A DNA stretch of 64,000 nt from a virus. Positions within the stretch are counted from its first letter, which is position 1, and every line of letters begins with the position of its first letter. The position numbers and the translations under genes were made by a program. Under the pieces are notes generated by a model. It saw only the letters and a list, made by a program, of their open reading frames with translations, made no database searches and was not told where the DNA came from. The stretch is taken from positions 17,137 to 81,136 of IMG/VR virus record IMGVR_UViG_3300048582_000084. The stretch is one strand, 5' to 3'. Below, in pieces: positions 29,819 to 39,254 of this stretch.

Positions 29819-30390
29819 GGGTCCATTCCATAATGGCGGCAAAGAGCGCCGTAAACCTTGATAGTTGCGCGCACGTCCACAAGAGCGTCGTGTGCGCCAT
29901 CGAAGTCTTCCTGAAAGAAGAACTTGTGGCACTCGGACAGGCTAGGGAACTTGTAAGCGTCGTTCACGTATGGGTTTCGATTTGGTAGTTTCAATACGGG
30001 CTTTGCAGCGCGCATGGTACAGAGCGGAGGTTTACCTTCGAAAGGTTTTGCCTCGCTCTTGATCCGCGCCAGGGCGTTCTCGATAACCGGGACGTCGTAC
30101 TCGGCGTTGTGGATGACAAACTTTGTTGCAACGCCCGTGAGAGCGAGGAACACAGACATCACGTCAGGGAGAGCCAGACCTTCGGCTTCGGCCTTGGCGT
30201 GGCTGATTCCGTGAATTGCGGCAACCTCGTCCGAAATAGTCCAGTACGTCGGGTAAACGATGTTGTTGAGAGCGACGATTTCGTTGAGGTCGTCGTCTGT
30301 TAGGACAGCAGCCAACTGCACGATATCAGGCAGCGGCTGGCGGGGTTTGATCTTACCCGTTGTTTCTGTGTCGAAAAAGAGAATAGGCAT
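29815..30390 (-). CDS. DEDDh 3'-5' exonuclease (DnaQ-like)
   Basis: FDTETTG, IVQLA, HNAEYD, CTM, AHDALVDV. Confidence 0.93.
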   Translation of the reverse strand: MPILFFDTETTGKIKPRQPLPDIVQLAAVLTDDDLNEIVALNNIVYPTYWTISDEVAAIHGISHAKAEAEGLALPDVMSVFLALTGVATKFVIHNAEYDVPVIENALARIKSEAKPFEGKPPLCTMRAAKPVLKLPNRNPYVNDAYKFPSLSECHKFFFQEDFDGAHDALVDVRATIKVYGALCRHYGMDP

Positions 30391-30518
30391 CTCGGCCTAC
30401 TTCTTCTTTAGGAGGAAGGCGAGGAGAATAATCCCCCCGCCCGCCACCAGAGCTACAGACGCAAGCTGCAACACGAAGATCACCCCCAGGACCGCGAGCG
30501 CGGCTTCTGGGATTTGGG

Positions 30519-30776
30519 TCATGCCTTTACCGTGGATGCCTTGAAGAAGCCGCCCACGAAGCCGAGCATAGCGCCGAGTTGCCACATTTCCAGCTTCTGC
30601 ATTCCGAGCGCGTTCAGGAATTCCCGAGACGTCTCGTCGAAGAAGAATCCGATCACCGCGCCCGCGAACGCGCCGAAGAGCGGCATGATCAGCGGGAGTA
30701 GCACTGCCGCGACAGCGACGCCTAGGGCGCTAAGTACAAATATCATAAATTTTTCCATGTAGTTTGCTTTCTTCAT
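30519..30776 (-). CDS. Small membrane protein
   Basis: Hydrophobic helices; follows polA. Confidence 0.55.
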   Translation of the reverse strand: MKKANYMEKFMIFVLSALGVAVAAVLLPLIMPLFGAFAGAVIGFFFDETSREFLNALGMQKLEMWQLGAMLGFVGGFFKASTVKA

Positions 30777-30780
30777 TGTT

Positions 30781-32892
30781 TCAGTGGCAATCAGCCCAGT
30801 TCAGGCCGACCTTGAATTCACAATCAAGAGGACAAAGGAATTCGAAATGCTTCTCGACTTCCTTGATTGCCTCTTTAACTGCTGTTCCGATTCGGCGGAT
30901 TTCCGGCGACTTCCCCCAGAACCAGTCCTGAAGATGCTTGGCCTTGTGCGCCTTGATCTTCTTTTCATCTTCCCAGGTCGAGTAGTCGGTATCGTTCTTA
31001 TATTCACACAACATGTTGTATGTCGATTCCGCGCGCACCGCTATTTGTAGCTCGTCGTGGAAATAGCCAAGGATCGCGAAGTCGCCGTCCCAGCCGTGTT
31101 TCCATCCCGTGCCGAGAAGCTTCTCCTCCAAAAGAACGGACCACTTCTTAGCCACCAACGCGCCTGCCGATTGAAGGGACGTATTGAGGGCCTTGTGTTC
31201 ACTGCGAACGTGCAGTCGCCCGCCGTCGAGGGCTGGAATCCAGCCGTTTCGGGTGACCTGTTTGTTGAGGCGTTTGACCACTTCGCCGTATGCAGGAACC
31301 GCCTTCATGAAATTCTTCTTGATGCGTCTTCCGGCCTCGGAACCTTGGTCGATGATACTACCTAGCTTGGCGTCCCCCGCGCCGTATAATAGGGCGTACA
31401 GCGTAGTTTTTGCGTTGTCCCGTGTAGGGACGCCGAAAGCTTTCTGGTTCTCGCTGTGAACGTCGCCCTCGATGACAATGCGGGCGTACTCGCCGCCATC
31501 GAATTCGGCCAGGACGTCCGCGAAGCACCTAATCTCGATACCCGACAAGTCGGTTCCGAATTGCAGCCAGCCCTTAGGAACATGCCACAGCTTCCGCATC
31601 TCGACGCCGTAGGGCGACCGCACAGCGGGGCACTGAGACATGTTAGGCTTGGCGTGCGTGACGCGGCGGGTGACTGCGCCTAGGCCGTTTACGGACCCAT
31701 GGACCTTGCCGTCTCTGACGAGTTTCAGCCAGCCGTTCTTGCCCTCGGCAAGCTGACCAATACGCTTCTGAACGAGGAAGTAGTCCGCGAGGTACTTGGC
31801 CTCAGGAACCGTCGTGACGAGCTTGTCGTAGAGTTCCTGTTCGGACTCTTCGATGCCGTCTTCGTCTTCGTCCAGCTCGCCCACAAGGTCGCGTAGAACG
31901 TCCTCGCTGACTTTGGGCTTGCCGGTGTCGGTGAACTGTTTCGGCTTCCAACCGTAGCCCCGTTGCAGGCGGTCAGCGATTTGATCGCGGCTGCCTGGAT
32001 TGAATTCTTCCAGCTTGACAGGACAGAAGGGTGCGCCCGCTGTGCGTGAGGCCTTCAGCGGGTCCTTGTAGTTGAGCGTTTTCTGTGGGGTGATGGTACT
32101 AGCTTCACGCCACGCCATAGGGCGGTCTCGATTGTCCTTCTCCCACTTTTCAGCCTTCCACCAGGGGCGGAACTGAGAAAGTAGGAAGCCTTCGATCTGT
32201 GCTTTCTCTTCGCTGAGTCGGGCGTAGAGCGCCTTCGCCTCTTCCTCGTTGAAGGGGAAGCCGTTGTGTTCGATCTTCGTCAGAAGATTGGCGAACTGAT
32301 GCTCCAGCCGAATTGCTTCCTGGCTGTAGTTCATTCGTGCAATCTGGCGTTCGACATACCGCCACAGCTCGACGTTCACGACGACGTCCTGGCGGGCGTA
32401 GGTCTCCATCTCAGGAGTCCAAACCGCCCAGTCCTCGATGCCGCCTTCTCCGAATTCGGCCTTGTGTACGCCGATGCGGTAGCCCCAAGCCTTGAGCGAG
32501 TGCATGCCGATCAGTTTGCCGGGGAGCGAACCCTTCCGGAACTTGACGAAGTCGTCGTCCTTGATGTCGGAGAACAGTAGCCGCGTCAGGATCAATGTGT
32601 CGCGGATTAGTCCGGACACTTCAAACCAAGGGTACAAGTCCTCAAGCGTGGGGATATCATAGCCGATCAAATTGTGCCCTACCAACAGATCAGCACTCAT
32701 TAGCAAGCGAAGGCCGTCTTCGATCCAACCGTCGCATGGGGCTACTTCGGCGGCTCGGTGTAATTGAACGTCTGCCCTATTTCGAAAGACCATCTCTTTA
32801 TCTGAGTCAATGTCACGGACGATAAGGAGGTGAACCTTGGTAACACTTCTCCGCAGCCCGTCCGCTTCAATATCCCATGTTAGGCGCTTCAT
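30781..32892 (-). CDS. polA: Family A DNA polymerase, T7-like
   Basis: DIEADG exonuclease, HNLIGYD, HSLKAWG, FNPGSRDQI, DLSGIEIR, RDNAKTTLYALLYGAG, HDELQ. Confidence 0.96.
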   Translation of the reverse strand: MKRLTWDIEADGLRRSVTKVHLLIVRDIDSDKEMVFRNRADVQLHRAAEVAPCDGWIEDGLRLLMSADLLVGHNLIGYDIPTLEDLYPWFEVSGLIRDTLILTRLLFSDIKDDDFVKFRKGSLPGKLIGMHSLKAWGYRIGVHKAEFGEGGIEDWAVWTPEMETYARQDVVVNVELWRYVERQIARMNYSQEAIRLEHQFANLLTKIEHNGFPFNEEEAKALYARLSEEKAQIEGFLLSQFRPWWKAEKWEKDNRDRPMAWREASTITPQKTLNYKDPLKASRTAGAPFCPVKLEEFNPGSRDQIADRLQRGYGWKPKQFTDTGKPKVSEDVLRDLVGELDEDEDGIEESEQELYDKLVTTVPEAKYLADYFLVQKRIGQLAEGKNGWLKLVRDGKVHGSVNGLGAVTRRVTHAKPNMSQCPAVRSPYGVEMRKLWHVPKGWLQFGTDLSGIEIRCFADVLAEFDGGEYARIVIEGDVHSENQKAFGVPTRDNAKTTLYALLYGAGDAKLGSIIDQGSEAGRRIKKNFMKAVPAYGEVVKRLNKQVTRNGWIPALDGGRLHVRSEHKALNTSLQSAGALVAKKWSVLLEEKLLGTGWKHGWDGDFAILGYFHDELQIAVRAESTYNMLCEYKNDTDYSTWEDEKKIKAHKAKHLQDWFWGKSPEIRRIGTAVKEAIKEVEKHFEFLCPLDCEFKVGLNWADCH

Positions 32893-32894
32893 TT

Positions 32895-33446
32895 TTACTT
32901 ATTAACCCCAGTGTATTTGGCGAATGCTCCGTGATGCGTGATTGCCGCTTCTGCGTATGCTGCGGCAGCCTCTTCGGCACTATCGAAATGGCCTAGGAAG
33001 CGCTGTTTACCGCCGTGATATATGCAGGCTCGCCATTTGTCCCGTTCAGCGCGAAAAGTTACACCCTTAATTCCGCTCTTCGAATCTTTGTGATGGCGCC
33101 TATTATGTATGTTCTGAGTCCGTGAGGCTTCGCGCAGATTAGACGGCCTGTTGTTGGTGGGATTGCCGTCGATATGGTCGATTTCATCCGCTGGCCATCT
33201 GCCGTTCTCAAGAGCGAAAACTATTCGGTGTGCAAGGTGGTGGACGCCGCTTATACTAACGATGACGAACCCGTGTGTTTTATCTTTGTGCCCCGCTACT
33301 TGTCCCGCGAAGCGTGTATTCCATGTCTTTACGTGCCTACTATGTCCCGACCTTATTTTCCAAATCAGAGTCCCAGTTGTTTTATCTAGGTCCAGCCTCG
33401 TTCTTATGTAGGCGATAGCTTGTGGTGTTTCGTCTTTCTTTGGCAT
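32895..33446 (-). CDS. HNH homing endonuclease with AP2 domain
   Basis: AHRIVF...IDHIDGNPTNNRPSNLR; SGIKGV...KWRA.I...LGHF..AEEAA. Confidence 0.92.
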   Translation of the reverse strand: MPKKDETPQAIAYIRTRLDLDKTTGTLIWKIRSGHSRHVKTWNTRFAGQVAGHKDKTHGFVIVSISGVHHLAHRIVFALENGRWPADEIDHIDGNPTNNRPSNLREASRTQNIHNRRHHKDSKSGIKGVTFRAERDKWRACIYHGGKQRFLGHFDSAEEAAAAYAEAAITHHGAFAKYTGVNK

Positions 33447-33476
33447 TAAAAGGAGACCCAAAGGTCTCCTTTATAG

Positions 33477-33998
33477 TCACTGCGCCGCAGAGGGAACGAC
33501 GGACACGATGACCGGCTCAACGCGCAGACGAATCGGCTGAGTCGAGTAGAAGTAAGCACCAGACCACTGCCGATACTCACCGTTGGTGTTCCAGTAGTAG
33601 ATGTACGGGTTAGACGAGCCGTAAGTCCCCTCGTCAGAGGGCGCCTGCCGGGTCACGTACTGCGTACCGTTACCGGTACTGTGGCCGGTCACCCGATCTG
33701 GCTGAGTCAGGCGCTTGCTACCCGACGTCACCTTGCCACGGACGCCCTCGTACATGATGGGAGCGCCAGCCTCATTGAAGAGGACGATGAAGCCGAGCAG
33801 GTTCGGATTGGCTGTCAGTTCCAGCCGCCTGCGGACGTTGTCGATTTCCGCATTGTCGGTGAAGGAGATTGAGTTGGCAGCCTGTTGCGCCGCCTGCGCC
33901 TGCCGGTCGCGCGCGGTCGGTGCTGGGGCCTCCGGAACGCACGCCGAGAGGGCGAACATCAGCGGAGCGGCGAGCAGTAGAACGATGAGCTTCTTCAT
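33477..33998 (-). CDS. Putative lipoprotein
   Basis: Signal peptide with LSAC lipobox. Confidence 0.7.
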   Translation of the reverse strand: MKKLIVLLLAAPLMFALSACVPEAPAPTARDRQAQAAQQAANSISFTDNAEIDNVRRRLELTANPNLLGFIVLFNEAGAPIMYEGVRGKVTSGSKRLTQPDRVTGHSTGNGTQYVTRQAPSDEGTYGSSNPYIYYWNTNGEYRQWSGAYFYSTQPIRLRVEPVIVSVVPSAAQ

Positions 33999-34004
33999 GG
34001 GGGC

Positions 34005-34403
34005 TTACTCACAGAGTTGGGCGTCGAGTTCGACCGGGGCGGTTTGCCCCCGGAAGATCGCGCGGTTGGTCATGGTGGAACGAGCGTTGTAGGTCTGCGC
34101 CAGATCGCGACAGGCCTGTTGAACGGCAGCCATCTCGATACGGAGACGGCGCTTCTCAGCGTCGTTGGTCTCACTGCTTAGGAAGCCCTTGAATTGGGCG
34201 ACCTGACGCGTGCGGGTCTGGAACGTGCCGTTCGCTTGGTGGAACCATTCGTAGTTGGTGATGATGTTGTCGGTCTCCAGCGTGCGCTGAATGACTCGAC
34301 CGGGCGCCGTAGCGACGGATGAGAACGTCCCCGCCATGTTGAGCGCGATAACCAGGGCGACCAGGGCGAGAATCCCACCCAGTGCCCATCCGATGATCTT
34401 CAT
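34005..34403 (-). CDS. Membrane-anchored hypothetical protein
   Basis: N-terminal TM helix; paired with the lipoprotein. Confidence 0.65.
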   Translation of the reverse strand: MKIIGWALGGILALVALVIALNMAGTFSSVATAPGRVIQRTLETDNIITNYEWFHQANGTFQTRTRQVAQFKGFLSSETNDAEKRRLRIEMAAVQQACRDLAQTYNARSTMTNRAIFRGQTAPVELDAQLCE

Positions 34404-34460
34404 TAAGTATTCAATCTCCGTAGTTGAGTTGTTGACGAAAAGGAACCGCCTAAGCGGTTC

Positions 34461-34685
34461 CTAATCCCGCTTCGCCCGAATGATCGTGAAGTTGAGTCGA
34501 GACAGGTTGATGTTGCCGTCCAGCCAGACTACCAGCCCGGCGATCCATACAATCACCAGCACGCCGAGCAAGGTGGAGAGCTTAATATCCATCCCGTCAG
34601 AGAGCATGCGGCGGATCGTGGCTACGACACCGAAGACCCACATGCAGAGAATCAAGATCAAGACTAAAGTGCCAAGGATGGTCAT
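34461..34685 (-). CDS. Small membrane protein
   Basis: Two TM helices, AAGGA RBS. Confidence 0.6.
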   Translation of the reverse strand: MTILGTLVLILILCMWVFGVVATIRRMLSDGMDIKLSTLLGVLVIVWIAGLVVWLDGNINLSRLNFTIIRAKRD

Positions 34686-34740
34686 TTCTTTTCCTTATTT
34701 TGTGTGTGTGAAAAGGAACCGCTTTCGCGATTCCTAATCA

Positions 34741-36135
34741 TTACATACGGTTCGACCGCGCGCGGATATCCGCGAACGTCTGGTCATTGAGTGCGGTGCC
34801 GTTCCCGAACACCGGGTCCAGTACGTCATCCAAGTCTAGGATATCGCCCCCAAACTTATCGACAGTTGTGTACTCGCCGGTCCACCTGTCGCGGACGAGC
34901 GCTAGTCTGCCCGTCTTCGACCGCTTGCCGGGGTCTGTGACCGGGTCCTTCTGCACGTCGCGCCATTGTCCGTTCGCACGGATGGCGCTGCACTTCATCG
35001 CGAACTTCTGCGTGTCACGGTTGATGCCCTGTAGAAGAGCGCCACCCATGCCGAACGCGATGTTGTCGGCAGAGAATCCAGTCTTGGTCAGCTCTTGTAG
35101 AATCGAGGTAATCGAATCCGCATTGATGCCGTCGCCCTGGATGACACGGACGTTGTTCAGGACGTGGTAGCCCTTACTGTTCGTTGTGTACCCAAACTTC
35201 GACGCGAGACGCGCCACCGCCACGACGGGTGTCAGCACGGGATCGCCGCTGTCAGGCCGGATCACGACCGTGGCGCCGCTATTGACGACGTCCTCGCGGA
35301 GCTTGTCGCCCCAGAGATTGTCGATAGCGTTCCAGAGGTCGTAGGAGTCGCTCACCACAGCGACGAGGCTTCCAGGCTTGGCGAACTTCCAGAGCATGTT
35401 TCTGTACGCATGCTCTTCGTTACTCCTACCCCACGAAGTGATCGTGGAGTGTTCCGAAGCAGGGATCGAGAACCCCGCCATGCCAGCCTTGTAGAAGCGG
35501 TTGGCAGCGAGAACACCCTCGACGGTGTCGGAGCCCATGAAGTTGACGAGGTGAGCAGCACCACCAATGGCCGCGCTCTCTGCACTCGACACACCCCTCG
35601 CGCCGAAGTCGTGAAGCTTGAACGGGAGCTGTCCCTCAGGATCGTCCGACGTCTCTGTTAGTGTCTTCCGGATGATCTGCTTGATATGCCAGGACTGCGT
35701 CGCGACCGTCGTCGGATACCAGACCGCTCGCAGGAGCGCCGTCTCAAGATACGACGTCAGCCAGAAGCACTTCGGGTCCGTGTTAACGACGGTCGCCAGC
35801 ACGTTCTTCGTCGGGACCACCAAGCCTTCCGGCACCGCGCGAATCAGCACGGGCAGGAATCCGTCGTGGGCCTTGACGATGTAGTCCCAACCTTCGCGGT
35901 TGAACGGAAGACCATGCGCCTGGAAAAAGGTTTCGGCTTCGTCCACGTCCTTGGCGGAAATGGGCTTCAGCAGGTATCGCTTGATGAACATCTGAAGACC
36001 GAAGAACAGGGTACGGTCGTGGGCGCCGCCGCGAGACTCGATATACGAGTAGACGTACTCGGTGCCGGGCGGGTACTGGACGAAGTGGGAGGACTTATAA
36101 GAGTCCACCATCAGAAGAATGTTGTCGTTGTACAT
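34741..36135 (-). CDS. nadV: Nicotinamide phosphoribosyltransferase (Nampt)
   Basis: DSYK.SH, LHDFGARG, PASEHS, VSDSYD, IRPDSG, IQGDG, FGMGG, KDPVTD.GK.SK.G. Confidence 0.96.
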   Translation of the reverse strand: MYNDNILLMVDSYKSSHFVQYPPGTEYVYSYIESRGGAHDRTLFFGLQMFIKRYLLKPISAKDVDEAETFFQAHGLPFNREGWDYIVKAHDGFLPVLIRAVPEGLVVPTKNVLATVVNTDPKCFWLTSYLETALLRAVWYPTTVATQSWHIKQIIRKTLTETSDDPEGQLPFKLHDFGARGVSSAESAAIGGAAHLVNFMGSDTVEGVLAANRFYKAGMAGFSIPASEHSTITSWGRSNEEHAYRNMLWKFAKPGSLVAVVSDSYDLWNAIDNLWGDKLREDVVNSGATVVIRPDSGDPVLTPVVAVARLASKFGYTTNSKGYHVLNNVRVIQGDGINADSITSILQELTKTGFSADNIAFGMGGALLQGINRDTQKFAMKCSAIRANGQWRDVQKDPVTDPGKRSKTGRLALVRDRWTGEYTTVDKFGGDILDLDDVLDPVFGNGTALNDQTFADIRARSNRM

Positions 36136-36164
36136 TGTGGATAAGAACTCCTCTATCCGGTTAT

Positions 36165-36186
36165 GAGTCCCGTCTTTCGAGGACCC
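36165..36186 (-). promoter_or_regulatory. Leader hairpin with CGAAAGACG loop upstream of nadV
   Basis: GGGTCC-TCGAAAGACG-GGACTC just 5' of the RBS; same loop motif as upstream of nadM. Confidence 0.45.
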
Positions 36187-36238
36187 AAAAAACAGCGGAA
36201 GAGTACTTCGATACCATAAATTATGTTACAATAATTGT

Positions 36239-37021
36239 ATGATTACAAAATACGGATTTATCTACATCACTACTAATACGGCTAATGGTAAGCAGTACAT
36301 AGGCAAGCGTTCGTACATGAAAAACGGGTGGGAGCGTTATCTCGGCTCAGGGAAGCTTCTGCTTCGGGCAATTCGAAAGTACGGGAGGACGTCATTCAGC
36401 CGGGAAATTATCTACGAGTCCTTCTCCAAAGAAGACTTAGATGCCGCCGAAAGGTCGGTCATCCGCAGTCTCAGCGCTGTTGAATCAGAGGCGTTCTATA
36501 ATCTCTCTCCCGGTGGGAGTGGGACATCGTTTGGGTTTATGGGTAAGAAGCATAGTGCCGATACTAGGGCTCGGATGTGCGCTTCAGCCAGGAAGGAAAA
36601 CTCCAGACGGCAGATTACCGATAAACTTCGGAAGGCCACATCGGAGAATGGTAAAAATTCTATTGGAAAGCTTATCGCATATCGTAGAAGTATTGGCTAT
36701 CAGACCGGTGCGGAACACCCAAGGAGTATACCAGTCACCGTCGATGGTGTTCTGTACAACTCAGTGTCTGCGGCCAAAGAAGCAGGGTATCGCTACAAAG
36801 ACATCAAAGCACTTATCGCGGGGGAAGTTAGCGAGATCGACACTAGTACAAAAGGGCGCGGCCCAGCGAAGGCAGCGCACCTATTTGGCGTACATTATCA
36901 ATCAATAGCAGCAGCCTGCCGAGCGCTGGGGCTGACGCGCAGAGAAGTTAAGGCTCTCACAGAGAACGCCACATACACATCAGAATATCTTGGTGGTCCT
37001 CAAACATCATCGACCGCTTGA
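36239..37021 (+). CDS. GIY-YIG homing endonuclease with NUMOD-like repeats, antisense to the NAD operon
   Basis: YGFIYITTN..NGKQYIG, YLGSG, FYNL..GG, GKKHS.DTR. Confidence 0.9.
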   Translation: MITKYGFIYITTNTANGKQYIGKRSYMKNGWERYLGSGKLLLRAIRKYGRTSFSREIIYESFSKEDLDAAERSVIRSLSAVESEAFYNLSPGGSGTSFGFMGKKHSADTRARMCASARKENSRRQITDKLRKATSENGKNSIGKLIAYRRSIGYQTGAEHPRSIPVTVDGVLYNSVSAAKEAGYRYKDIKALIAGEVSEIDTSTKGRGPAKAAHLFGVHYQSIAAACRALGLTRREVKALTENATYTSEYLGGPQTSSTA

Positions 37022-38024
37022 CGTGGTTGATGTGCCACCACTGCGCCTTACTTGCGTCGCTGGACGCCTTGACCGCTGGCAGTCCATCGCCGTGCGGCGG
37101 TAGGTGGATCAGCGAGGCATGTGTGATCGTGCGACCGCGTAGCGACCGACCTGGGTCATCGAAGACTTTGGTGGTTACGACGTTTCCGCGAAGTACGGCT
37201 TCGGGAACCTTGAGACGCGTCTCTTCGCGAAGCTCGCGGATCGTCGCATCGAGGATGCGCTCGCCTTGGTCTAGGAAGCCCCCAGGAAGCGCCCAGAGAC
37301 CCCTGCCCGGCTCAGCCCGGCGCTCGACCAGTAGGATGTGACTGGACTGCACCACGACCGCGTCCACCGTCACGAAGGTTGGTGGGTATGGGGCGGATGC
37401 CCAAGACGCTCGGTACTTATCGATGAAGGCCTTCTCGGCTTCAAGCTGCTCCCGTGCCGGTGTCCAGTAGAAGCTGCCATCAGCTTCAACGTCCGTGCTG
37501 AGGAACTTCTGGACGCCTACCGGGAGGTAGTCCCACAGCCCCGCGCTGTTCCATTTGGACGAGAAGTAGGCGTTGCGGAAATCAGTCGCGCTGATGGGCT
37601 TGCCCTTCTGCGTGTGCTGTCCGGCCTCCACGAACTTCCATTGAGGAAACATTCGCACATGGGATGCGCCTGCATCCTTGTCGTGACCGACATGGATGAC
37701 GGTAGGGAGGTGTTCGGAATCCGCGCTGAGGATGATGTCGTCAACCGCAGCGACTACCGCCGCTTCCCAGGCACCGTCGTTGTAGACGGAATCCTCAATA
37801 GGAACGAAGGTGACGTGCTTGTTTTCGAAATCGGTCAGGCAGGCGCGAATCATGGTCTCGCGCTCTTCATGCGTAAACGGGTTCTTGACAGTTCGCGGGC
37901 CGAAGCTGGACCCGAGAATGACGATAACGTGGGAAGCCAACGATAGCGCCTGAGTTAGGACGTGAAAGTGGCCAAGATGAAAGGGCTGAAAACGCCCAAT
38001 GTAAACTGCATAGTCTGCTCGCAT
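36957..38024 (-). CDS. nadM: Bifunctional NMN adenylyltransferase / ADP-ribose pyrophosphatase (NadM-Nudix)
   Basis: GRFQPFHLGH, KNPFT..ER, SAT..R; Nudix box GGFLD.GE.......RELREET. Confidence 0.95.
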   Translation of the reverse strand: MRADYAVYIGRFQPFHLGHFHVLTQALSLASHVIVILGSSFGPRTVKNPFTHEERETMIRACLTDFENKHVTFVPIEDSVYNDGAWEAAVVAAVDDIILSADSEHLPTVIHVGHDKDAGASHVRMFPQWKFVEAGQHTQKGKPISATDFRNAYFSSKWNSAGLWDYLPVGVQKFLSTDVEADGSFYWTPAREQLEAEKAFIDKYRASWASAPYPPTFVTVDAVVVQSSHILLVERRAEPGRGLWALPGGFLDQGERILDATIRELREETRLKVPEAVLRGNVVTTKVFDDPGRSLRGRTITHASLIHLPPHGDGLPAVKASSDASKAQWWHINHVKRSMMFEDHQDILMCMWRSL

Positions 38025-38050
38025 AGCAATACTCCATTGCTTAGTTTGGC

Positions 38051-38074
38051 GACCGCCCGTCTATCGTGACGGTC
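38051..38074 (-). promoter_or_regulatory. Leader hairpin with CGATAGACG loop upstream of nadM
   Basis: GACCGTC-ACGATAGACG-GGCGGTC between a terminator and the RBS. Confidence 0.45.
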
Positions 38075-38101
38075 AAAAGGAGACCGGAAGGTCTCCTTTA
38101 T

Positions 38102-38989
38102 TTACCGATACTTACTCAGCAGCCCGTCGATATCTCGGACCAACTGATCTATCGACGGGTCGCGCTGAACTACGACCGCCATCGAGCCGTAGTAGTTCTC
38201 AAGGCAGTCGAGAAGTAAGGCCTTGAGCGCGCGTTCGTTTGCCTGCTCCGGAAGTTTGGATTCGGCGTACTGCTTCTCCAAAGAATGCTCCTTCTCAGTG
38301 AAGTAGCGCTCCAAATCTTCGAACTTCCAGTCACCACGTCGGATCGACTTTAGCTGCTCGCGGTTGCGTTCGATGTCGAGGTCGCCCTCGACGAGGATTT
38401 GCTCGACCTCGTTCAAGAGTCGTACAGTGTGGTAGGCATACTTCAGATCGTAGCCGTGTTCTGCAATCGACTCTGCGCGGGCTGGATTAAGCGACGCGGT
38501 CTTGTCCCTAATCTTGCCCATCTGCCCGTAGGCATAGCCCTTGAACTTCGGCCAGCAGCCTTTATGCAAGAACTCGCGGCGGCGTTCACGGACCATCTCC
38601 GCAACCGGTGTCGTGTGAAGGACACAGCGGCGTGGCGTGAACAGGCTGTTTAGCATGTTCGGATTATTGTCCATGCAAAGCTGAAAGTACTTTACGATGG
38701 AGAAGACCGCGAAGTCGTAGGTCTGGTCCTTGCCGTCCGGATTCTTGATGTGGTGATGTTGCCACTGTTCGAATCGCTTGGGCTGTTCTCCGAAGCCTGG
38801 AATGACGCCCTGTAGGTGGGGGAAGATGTCCTCCTTGGGAGGAACGCAGAATCCGTAGATATCCATGTCGGACGTGTCGGCCGAGACGCCGTAAGCGTTG
38901 CTGCCCATCATCGTCAGGTATGCTGTCTGGCCTGGGAGCCACTTCGGTGGGTGGGCGGCTCCAGCAGCCACCAGTTTGTCGAGGATCAT
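38102..38989 (-). CDS. Pol-beta superfamily nucleotidyltransferase (RlaP/YcgL-like)
   Basis: GSNAYG...SDMDIYG, NNPN, YDLKYAYH.VRLL. Confidence 0.85.
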   Translation of the reverse strand: MILDKLVAAGAAHPPKWLPGQTAYLTMMGSNAYGVSADTSDMDIYGFCVPPKEDIFPHLQGVIPGFGEQPKRFEQWQHHHIKNPDGKDQTYDFAVFSIVKYFQLCMDNNPNMLNSLFTPRRCVLHTTPVAEMVRERRREFLHKGCWPKFKGYAYGQMGKIRDKTASLNPARAESIAEHGYDLKYAYHTVRLLNEVEQILVEGDLDIERNREQLKSIRRGDWKFEDLERYFTEKEHSLEKQYAESKLPEQANERALKALLLDCLENYYGSMAVVVQRDPSIDQLVRDIDGLLSKYR

Positions 38990-39050
38990 TTTCTTTAGCC
39001 CTGTTGTGCAAAAAAGAGGGCAACCCAAACTGGATTGCCCTCTCAACCCG

Positions 39051-39254
39051 TCACAACCGGTCGCGGATAGCGCGCAGTAGCCTCGCCAACACGCGAGAGT
39101 CGATGATCGTCTTGTAGTCGTTGTGCTTGTGCGCCGTACTCACCAGATCGTCGTAGTGACCGGCTTTGACCGCCTGGATGAGGCGAGTCTCTTCCCAGCG
39201 GCGTGTCTCTTCTTCTGCGGCTTCGCGCTGGTCGTCGTAGTGCCCCATCAGCAC
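39051..39254 (-). CDS. Hypothetical protein
   Basis: Coupled ORF. Confidence 0.5.
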   Translation of the reverse strand: MLMGHYDDQREAAEEETRRWEETRLIQAVKAGHYDDLVSTAHKHNDYKTIIDSRVLARLLRAIRDRL

